DNA from: Octopus sinensis | Taxonomy: Eukaryota | Length of the DNA stretch: 64,000 nt | Direction of reading: 5' to 3' | Assembly (NCBI RefSeq): GCF_006345805.1 | Contig: NC_043012.1 | Location: 17,050,001 to 17,114,000 of the forward strand | Shown: in pieces, positions 54,747-64,000 of the stretch | Numbering within the stretch: position 1 is the stretch's first letter | How the letters are laid out: each line of letters starts with the position of its first letter | Notes under the pieces: model-generated | Told to the model about the DNA's origin: nothing | The model's input: the letters and a program-made list of their open reading frames with translations, nothing else | Databases searched by the model: none | Program-made: the position numbers and the translations under genes

Positions 54747-54988
54747 TGTGTGTCTGTGTGTGTGTATGTGAGAGAAAATGGGGAATGTTTTTATCTCCCA
54801 AACTGGGCAAAGTGAAACAAAAAAAACAGCACTCCCCCTGATTATGTAACGAAACCACACAAACACGGCATAAAAACAAAAAAAAATCCGATCCAATCTA
54901 GAAATTGATCCGAGAATACTTCAGGATTTCAAGAGCTCGTTAAATATTTGACGCAGGTAACACCGAAAAATAGCAGTAATAGTAGAAA

Positions 54989-55035
<47 letters not shown>

Positions 55036-55079
55036 ATGATACTACTACTACTACTACTAATACTACTACTACCACAACC

Positions 55080-55143
<64 letters not shown>

Positions 55144-56177
55144 ATAATAATAATAATAACAATAATAATAATGATAATAATGGTAATGATGATGATGCTG
55201 TATGTATATTTTATATTTCTATAGGCGCAACATTTTACAAAACATTGGGTTACAATAACTGATTCTGATGGATATTGAATATATAAATATATACATATAT
55301 ATACACAAATAACACCTGCACAATTCACATATGGACATGTTCACAAGAGTGGTCCTGCTCTTTCACTCACACACATGCACATACATACACATACATACAT
55401 AATACATACATACATATATACAAACATACATACATACATATATACATACATACATACATACATACATACATACATACATACTTACATACATACATTACAT
55501 ATGTGTGTGTGCATGTGTGTGTTATTGTGTTATGCATAGGAAATAAATCTCCGCCCCACATTTTGTAATAAAATATTTCTTTTTGTCGCCATGGTTACTG
55601 AAAGCTGTTTTCCTATATTTTTCAATACAATAACTCTGTATGAAGTAACGCTTACAACATTTTTTTTTTTTTTTTATGTATAGTTTGAAATTCGTCTTCG
55701 ATATAATACACTGCGATATCAATTTGTTTCAGCTGAGTTTCAAAATATATGTAAATACTTCAACGATTCCTTTATACTTCAGTTTGCGGTTTGCCTTCCA
55801 AACAAACTTTTTCAAATTTGGTGTGGTGTTCAGGTTTGCTTCAACCACCTCTCATGCACACCACCTCTCATGCACAGAAATGGCAAAGAAACTTTCTGCG
55901 ATATTCAAGATGGAGGAATAAATAAATGCTTCTCTGCTTCTTGTTGATATAACTAAGATAATATTCCCCCCTCGTTACGGGTAAAATAATCCCTTCTGTC
56001 TGGCAACATGCTGACCCCTTGATGCAATGAAGCTCTCAATATCATTTTAACTATCAATAAACTGTTTTCCCTCAAAATGTTGCGATTATCTGACAAACCA
56101 ATAGTCAGAGGAAGGGAGCAAAAGATAGACCGAAAGAGAAAGAAGGATGAAACAAAATTTCAATATTTAGCATCGTG

Positions 56178-56392
56178 AGGTGGCGAGCTGGCAGAAACGT
56201 TAGTACGCCGGGTAAATGCTTAGCGGTATTTCGTCTGTCTTTATGACCTGAGTTCAAATTCCGCCGAGGTCGACTTTGCCTTTCATCCTTTCGGGGTCGA
56301 TAAATTAAATACCAGTTGTGTACTGGGGTCAATCTAATCGACTGGCCCCTTCCCTCAAAATCTCGGGCTTTGTGCCTAGAGTAGAAAAGAAC
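56178..56392 (+). mobile_element. Family B SINE
   Basis: ggtggcgagctggcagaaacgttag head. Diverged TSD atttagcatcgt/atttagtatcat. Confidence 0.88.
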
Positions 56393-56472
56393 ATTTAGTA
56401 TCATAATCTTCTGAACGACGTTGGTAATATATAGTCTTGCTGTATGAATGGACATATACATACACACACACA

Positions 56473-56517
<45 letters not shown>

Positions 56518-56554
56518 CACACACACACATATTTATATATATATATATACATAC

Positions 56555-57410
56555 ATAGAGGATACGGTGAATATATTGTCGTCTAAATTACATAAAAATG
56601 AAAATAACATTGACATCTCATTTTAGCAGATATATGTACCAAAATTACATAAAAATATCTTGAAAGACTAAAGAGTAAATTTATCCAATGAAATCGCCAT
56701 TGGCTTCAACCACGGCCACCAGACGACTTCAGAATCTCCTGCGACTCTTTTGGACGGTCTCCTTGTTAATGCTGCCATAATTCTTGCCTTCAGTTCATCT
56801 TTGGTGTTAGAAAGAGTTTTGTTGGTCTCTTGCTCAACTGCGCCGCACACACAATAACCAAGAAGGTTGCAGTCTGGGGAGTTAGGTGGCCAGATGTTAG
56901 GGATGATGTGATCGCAGAAATTGTCTGACAGCCATGACTGTGTTCACCTGCTTGTGCAGAGTCTTGTTGCATAGCGCAGATTCCTGTTGCCAGGAAAAGG
57001 GCTTTCCAGCAGCCACCTTCTTGACCCAGGGCAGCACTACCTCTTCCAGGCCCTTGATGTAGGCCTCCGTATTAAGTCTGAGACCGTTACCATCACTAGT
57101 GATCACTCCAAACACCATGATGTTGACTGCATATTTGATTTTTATCCCTCTCGGTAAATGTTTTGTGGACACGGCAAACCAACGGTTGTTCTGTGTGTTC
57201 ACTATCTCTTCAAATTGGAGCTTCCGGCGTGCATACCAAGTAGTACAACATGTCGCTTCCAAATTTCTGGCAGAGTGAATTGTGTCGTGGTGCTGTTCTT
57301 CTCACAGACGGTGCCCAACTACTCTATAGTGTATAATCGACAAAATCAAAAACAATGCGCATGCACGAAATAAAAATATTAAATAGCGACAACTACCCAT
57401 CGCACCCTAT
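56555..57410 (-). mobile_element. Tc1/mariner superfamily (maT/DD37D-like) transposase relic with TIRs
   Basis: NTQNNRW, IMVFGVITSDG, WQQ(D/E)SA, WPPNSPDCN, GAVEQETNK and VVEANGDFI. Confidence 0.8.
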
Positions 57411-57499
57411 ATATATATATATATATATATATGTACGCACACGTGTGTGTGTATTTATGTGTGTGCGGCAGTGTGAAGGCACATGTGTGTCTGTATGGT

Positions 57500-57853
57500 A
57501 AGAAATTTGCAAGTTCCCGACCAGACCAGCGATGATGAGCGCCAATTTCTTAGCAAATACTTTGAGCAAAATCATTAACCCAACGCTCAACAAAGTTGTG
57601 GACCGAAAGTTATCCACTAAATTCCGCTTCTGAACGTCCCTTCTCGTCAGCGTCATCACTTTCAGGCTCACAGTGCTGAGAACTCCTCTGTTCTTCTGCT
57701 TTTTGCAGTAGACGTCTGCCAAAAAGGTCACTATATAAGCCGAGCATGAACCCGGAGAATACGCCGGGTAGACCATCCAAAACGGACGATTTGCATCTTG
57801 TGCAACCGCCCAGCTCCTCTTGTATTTCAGTAATTTCAGTGGGTATTATCAGC
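57500..57853 (-). pseudogene. Fragmentary MFS transporter (SLC46-like) pseudogene
   Basis: LDGLPGVFSGFMLGLYSDLFGRRLL resembles TM2 plus MFS motif A (G..SD..GRR). It is followed by a hydrophilic loop-like stretch, a stop, and a hydrophobic segment GLMILLKVFAKKLALIIAGLVGN in another frame. Confidence 0.5.
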
Positions 57854-58859
57854 ATTTTTAAAAAGAATAAAAACAAAAATGACTGAATGATTTTTGTGAA
57901 GTGATACATAATCGATAGATAATCGATATATAATCGATTGTATCAGAATTTATACTTAAAAGTTATTTTATTTTATTGACCGGGTGACGATGAAAGGCGA
58001 GGTCGAAGACTTAAGAATTGATCTCTGACTGTAAGAGACGTAACTGAATATAAATATCTAAGATAGCTACAAACCACAGATTCAGCAAGAGATCATTAAA
58101 TCGACATCATTATTTGAAGAGTATCCATTTTATTGGATTTTGAATGATATTTGTTGACTCGATGCGTAAAGGGACGTAACAAAAAGTACCGTTGGGTATT
58201 TGCTCCTCTGTTTTATCATCAACCCAGAACTCTCTTTGTTCTTTATCTCATCTACAGGGTAGTGGCGAAAGGATTAATGGGGCTTCGATGGGAGTACTCC
58301 TTTTTTGTGTTTGGCTCCTGGAAGTTTTATCTTAACAATTCTGATGCGCACTCTATTTACTCTTTCGTTTTTATCTCTTCCTCTCTCTTATTTTTTACCT
58401 CTTCTCCCACTATTGTATCCTATTACTCTTTCGTTTTTTCTCTCTTCCTCTTATTTTTCTAACTCCCCTTCTCCCCTCCTGTTTTTTCCTCACTTATTCT
58501 ATCTCCCTTTTCCTCTTCCTTTCACAGTTCTCTGTCTGTCATTATCTCTCCCTCACCCTTCCTCTCTTGCTCACGTGGCTCCCATGTGACCATCGGCCAT
58601 CTTTCTTTCTTCTCCTAACTTGTGTTTCTTTCTTTCTCTCTGTTGTAGCTGGATCAAGGAAGACGTGTTCTTACCTATCTCCTGTCCAAGCTTGATTTAC
58701 GCGTTCTCCACCACCACCTCGTCTAGGCTTAGCAGCCATTCCTGTTTGTTTTCACTGTTCTGTTTTTGTTAATAATTTTGACCCTCTGCAAAATCCTAAA
58801 TTTTATTTAATTTGCTTTGCGAGAACAACTGTTTTATCGAAAGCGTATTTTGTTGTGAA

Positions 58860-59030
58860 ATGCTTGAAATGCGAAAGTAGAAAATCAGCCAACAACTGAT
58901 GAAGGGTCGTTCTTTTGTTGTTTGTCTTGTTTTCCATCTGTGTTTTTCGCTGTTCGAAAAAATAGCTCATATTTCATGTACTCGTACTTCATAGTCTTTG
59001 TTGTACACGTTTCGTGACGTCCTGTGCCCA
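58860..59030 (+). repeat. Interspersed repeat with an inverted homologue at 63275-63440
   Basis: caactgatgaagggtc...ttgtcttgttttccat...gtgacgtcctgt is present in both, in opposite orientation, each next to (TA)/(TG) tracts. Confidence 0.7.
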
Positions 59031-59034
59031 CATA

Positions 59035-59083
<49 letters not shown>

Positions 59084-59176
59084 TATATATATAATATATA
59101 TATATATATACGTATAGATGTATGTACATATACGCATGCATATATGCATATCTATATTATTTATATTATTATATGA

Positions 59177-59715
59177 TTGAATGCCACGCATCCTCTTCCA
59201 AGTATATATATGAACCAGATCCTCGAAACACACACCATCATTAAAAGTAAACGGCAACCAAAATCCTTGAAAAGGATTTTAACCCAAGGTAAACTGCACT
59301 CAACATCAACCACAAAACCAGCAGTTAGAAAATGTGGAAGGCCCAACTGCGGAATCTGTGTCATCTTGGTAGAAGGTTCAGAATTTATACTAGAACAAGG
59401 CCATCAGTTCACCATTAGAACAAACTTCACTTGTGCGTCAGAAAACTTAATTTACGTCTTAACATGTGCAGGCTGCAATAGGCAGTATATAGGCCATACA
59501 AAAATAGCTTATGTAAAAGGATGGCGGTGCATAAATCCCAAATTAGAAACCCTGAATACCGGAAAATACCGGTCAGCGGACAGATAGATAGATGTGCTAC
59601 AAATGAAAATCCGAAATTTACAACTTACCCACTTTACAAATTCAGTGACAGCGTAACCTTCACCCAACGCCAAAATAAAGAACTTTATTTCATCAAAAAA
59701 TTTAGACCAATTTGA
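59177..59715 (+). mobile_element. Penelope-like GIY-YIG endonuclease domain, frameshifted
   Basis: KCGRPNCGIC, FTCASENLIYVLTCAGCNRQYIGHT, RMAVHKSQI and RQNKELYFIKKFRP. Confidence 0.9.
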
Positions 59716-59901
59716 ACACCCTGGGCCAGGAATATTAAAACAAAACATTGGTCTTCCGTAAAGGAAAAATGAAATTCTACCACAATTACAATTGTGGAAT
59801 TACAATTTCTCAGATCTTTAAACAGTCACTCCCACTTGCAGTGGTATGTTTTAGGGAAAGATGAATTTATAAATAAAAAAAATTTTTTTCTACGAGCAGA
59901 T

Positions 59902-60100
59902 CTGATTTTGATTCGTTAAAAAATTGATGACGTTTTTCTTCCGTGGTCAAACTTGTCGTTCTGCTTGGTTGGTTTCCTTACAGGATACAGTTATGGGTCA
60001 GAGCTGATTTTGATTCGTTAAAAAATTGATGACGTTTTTCTTCCGCGGTCAAGCTTGTCGTTCTACTTGGTTGGTTTCCTTACAGAATACAGTTGGGGGT
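59902..60100. repeat. 102-bp tandem duplication
   Basis: ctgattttgattcgttaaaaaattgatgacg...tacagtt starts at 59902 and again at 60004. Confidence 0.9.
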
Positions 60101-60656
60101 CTTTACCTTGTATTCGTTGAGGTTTGGTTTTGATTGGTTTGGAATTATGTGACGTTAGTGAACAGTGCCAGTGAACCCACCACTTTTTGCTGCTGCGATC
60201 AACATAACCCCAACCACCACCAAGGTCGCCAAAATTACGACCAACTACTACGACCAAAAATCACTACTGTTACTACCATTGGAACACAAAGTAACAAAAA
60301 AGCGGTTCCTTTCAATACCAGCAAGAAACAATAATGGACTTCTTCAATACACTCAACAGGAATATAGCGATTAACAGTAAGAAACGATTATGAACTTTTC
60401 AATTTTCACTTTGTATAATATTTTTGATAAGGTTCGAGACCAGTTAGAACCGATTATGAACTTCTCCATTACACTTTTCTTCTCCATTACACTTTTTATA
60501 ATATTTTTTAATAATATTTTTGATAAGGTTCGTTTTTTCAAGAACCGAAACATGTAAAATTCATAAGAAAATTAAAATTTATCTAATATAGTGGCGTTTT
60601 CAAACTTCTTTTTTACAAATATATACCAACTCGTATACGATCTACTCTTATTATAA

Positions 60657-60687
<31 letters not shown>

Positions 60688-60894
60688 CATACATAAATAC
60701 ATATATCTACATACATATATATATATCTCCATATCTACTGCTCTTTCCACAAACTATTGGTGCATTGCTTTACCACTATTGTATATTTATACTTTAACCT
60801 TATGGTGGTTCGTTTTACTGGAAAGCAATACTTTTGTATTACACAATTTAATAACTTATTCTTAATATATATATACACATGCTAAACTGGCGCA

Positions 60895-61390
60895 CCGATC
60901 AACGGAACAGCCTGCTCATGAAATTTATATGCAAGTGACTGAGTACTCCACAGACACATGTACAATTAACGTAGTTCCCAGTGGGATTCAGTATGATACA
61001 AAATGGGGCAAGGTTCGCCCTTTGAAATATAGGTAATATTAATTTTTGCCAGCTGAGTGTACTGGGGCAATGTGAAATAAAATGTCTTGCAGAAGGACAC
61101 AACGCCTCCGGGAACTGAACTCACGACCTTACGATCGTGAACCGAATACCCCCACAGTGGTTAGAGCGTCGGGCTCTCATTCATGAGGTAGTCAGTTCGA
61201 CTCCCGGACCGGTCTGTCCATCGGAACGTCAATCCATCGGAGGATTACTCATTTTTGTCACCCGAGTGGACTGGGGACACGTGAAATGAAGTGTTTTGCT
61301 CAAGAGCACAAGACATCGCCCGGCACAGGAATCGAAACCAGAATCTTACGATCGTGGGTGTAACACTTTAACCACTAAGCTCCGCGCCTT
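60895..61390 (-). mobile_element. Cluster of family C/D SINEs
   Basis: Family C tail at 60895-61030 and tRNA-like heads at ~61150-61215 and ~61320-61390. Confidence 0.75.
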
Positions 61391-62964
61391 CACGTGGGTG
61401 GTATTAATGGTACTACTTCGTTGCTTGTACATTTAGTAATGGTAGCCATAGCAGAAGTACACATAGTGTTGATAGCAGAGTTGATAATGGTGGTAGGATT
61501 AAGTGGTGGTGGCCGTGGTAGTAGTGCTAATAGGAATGGTAATGGATTTAGTAATGTTAGTAGTAGTGTTACTAACAATATTGGTTGTGAATATGATAAT
61601 ATAATAATGTTAGTCTTGGTGGTAATGTTGATGATAATATTAATAGTGGACATAATCATGTAGCAATGGCGGCCATCGTGATAGTACTGTTACTGAAGAT
61701 AAAAATCAGTAGTCATTTAGCCCCAGGTCAACTTCGATTAAACTGATTTATGATAAAAGGTATTCTAGCAGTGACAATGTCCCCTTTTTGTTTTTATTCC
61801 CACGCTTTGAATCTAAGACATTATTCAAAGAATCCATTTTTTAAGAAGCGGTGATTGTGATTTAAAGAAAATTTGGTTGGTTATTGCCAGCAGGTCAACG
61901 GACTGTATAGATGCTCCGTCGTTGGTTCTGGTGTTGCAGAAATATGGTAGTCGGAGAAGCAATGATGTTGATGTGCATTTGGTCGATGCTAGTGAAAGAG
62001 TTGTGTTGGCAGTAGTTTATGCTGAGAACAGCAGTGAAGGTGGGGGTGATGGTAATGATGAAGATGGTAATGATGGTTGTGGTGATGCTGGCTTGATCGT
62101 TTTTGTTGGAGGTGGTGCTGCTACTGATAATGATGATGGTAGTGATCGGAGAAGATAATTGGATGTAGTTTGCTTGTCATCAGGATTACAAAATTGATTG
62201 ATCATCTCCAACAAAAAATGAACCCGAAACGAAACGAAAAGACAAAAAAAGACAGAAAACAAAACAAAAAAAAACCCAAACAACCAAACAAAAATAAACA
62301 AGAAAAACAAGCAAAATAAGCCCACCCCCAACACAGAAATCAATACCCATCCCCCACTTTTCACCATGAAAAACAAACAAAACGGAAATGCCATCAAAGA
62401 CACCCCTCCTAATCAGCCGATAAATTTATTGAATGAAGCCATAGTAAAGTTCGATTACTTCAGAAAGTGTGCCATTTATCAATGCTCACAGGAAAAAAAA
62501 ATATTTATATTTTATATTTTGCTTGAATTTTAATTATGTTTTTGTCTGGTTTATTTTATTTCATTTTCTAATTAATTTTTTAAAAATTAATTTTGAAATA
62601 GTAGTATAGTTGTTGCTGATTTCGTTTAACTACAACAAGGAACTCCGGGTGAAAACAACCTATTTCCAGTAAAACTTTCAGATTCAGAATCTCATGTCTC
62701 ATGCGCCGAACACCACAGAACAAACGGTTAACTCCCTTGGATGTCGTTTCAATGGGTAACTGAAGATGATTGACATTACAGATGTTATAAACTTAAACAA
62801 AAGCCTTTAGCGTAGTTCCTTCTATAGTAAACTCTCTGTTCAGTTGTCTCCCATCACACGTTTTATTACCAGATGTTACGGTTACGCAACATCCGCATGA
62901 TTTCCTCCTTCTTTGAAAAGCGCGCTGGAAATGTCAAAGGTCATTATATATTATATATTATCAT

Positions 62965-63180
62965 ATTCTTTTATTCTTTTATTTGTTTCAGTCATTTGAC
63001 TTCGGCCATGCTGGAGCACGGCTTTCAGTCTAGCAAATCGACCCCAGGACTTATTCTTTGTAAGCCTAGTACTTATTCTATTGGTCTCTCTTGCTGAACC
63101 GCTAAGTTACGGGGACGTAAACAGACCAGCATCGGTTGTCAAGCGATGTTGGGGGGACAAAAACAGACACACAAACATAT
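62965..63180 (-). mobile_element. SINE family A, 3' half
   Basis: Reverse-complement match to 1-217. Confidence 0.85.
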
Positions 63181-63848
63181 ACATACATATATACATACAC
63201 ACACACACACATATGCATATATACATACATATATGTACGTACTTACATATATATGTATATGTTTATGCATATATGGGTACAGGACGTCACAAAACATAAA
63301 CAACATGAAATACGAAAACATGAAATACAAACTTGGGTGTACAAACAACGAGAGAAACAAATGGAAAACAAGACAAGTAACATAAAGAAAGACCCTTCAT
63401 CAGTTGTCGGCTGTTTATCCACCACACATTTCGAGCAATATGTGTGTGTGTGTGTTTGTGTGTATGTGTGTGTGTGTTTGCATTTGTCCACCACCAGCGC
63501 TTGAGAACAAGTGTTGGTTTGTTTACGACCCCTTAACTCAACTGTTCGACAAATGAGACCGATAAGTTTCAGGATTAAAACATACGTACTGAGGTCGATT
63601 TGTTCAACTAAGCCCTTCGATGCGTTATCCCACCAAATATAAGTGAGTAAATAAACCAACAGTCACTACTTTCAAACGAATCTTATGTACATAAATAAAC
63701 ACAATGAAATAACTTCTATCTGATATTAAAACTGTTAGCACTCGCTTTGCAGAAGATGCCGAGCGAAGTATATAAACATAGTTTTTCAGCGTTTAATTAT
63801 AGCGATTATTTACAAATGAAGTTATGTTTATAGATACTTAGTAGAATT

Positions 63849-64000
63849 AGCCATATAGTAGAATTGGTTCGACTGTGGCTTTGAAGATTTTAAGTTTGAA
63901 AAATCTTCAAAAATCTTCAAAGCCACAGTCGAACCAATTCTACTACATGGCTCAGAAACCTGGACGTTATCAAAGAAGCTTGAGAGGCGGTTGGATGGAA
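63849..64000 (+). mobile_element. RTE-like LINE fragment with fold-back 5' junction, running off the window
   Basis: KIFKATVEPILLHGSETWTLSKKLERRLDG from ~63910, with an inverted copy at 63849-63891. Confidence 0.8.

Noticed and set aside
58893-58910. CTGATGA as a hammerhead (also 63397-63403)
   Set aside because: I could not find a correctly spaced GAAA with paired stems I-III.
59177-59715. GIY-YIG as a host nuclease or homing endonuclease gene
   Set aside because: It is frameshifted, begins at a (TA)n tract and has the cysteine-rich linker typical of Penelope-like elements.

Overview
This is AT-rich, microsatellite-saturated animal genomic DNA with one 100-N assembly gap (40340-40439). The tRNA-derived SINE families look like those of Octopus (cephalopod); that assignment is an inference from recognition, not a database result. 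I found no intact host protein-coding gene, and nearly all listed ORFs are microsatellite artefacts or transposon relics. The window is a stack of at least four SINE families, RTE, Tx1-like, R4/Dong and CRE-like non-LTR fragments, several Penelope-like (RT and GIY-YIG) relics, mariner and maT transposase relics, hAT and other MITEs, and a Helitron 3' end. The most notable signal is a set of minimal type I hammerhead ribozyme motifs (13315-13352, 43282-43374, 48519-48563, plus half-motifs) in short, often palindromic elements, several of them lodged in microsatellites. Other highlights are a pair of hAT MITEs with reciprocally swapped 8-bp TSDs (47533-48063), a ~28-bp palindromic minisatellite split by a Helitron end (14739-15833), a collapsed SLC46/MFS-like pseudogene fragment (57500-57853), and apparent microsatellite-specific targeting by different retroelements.
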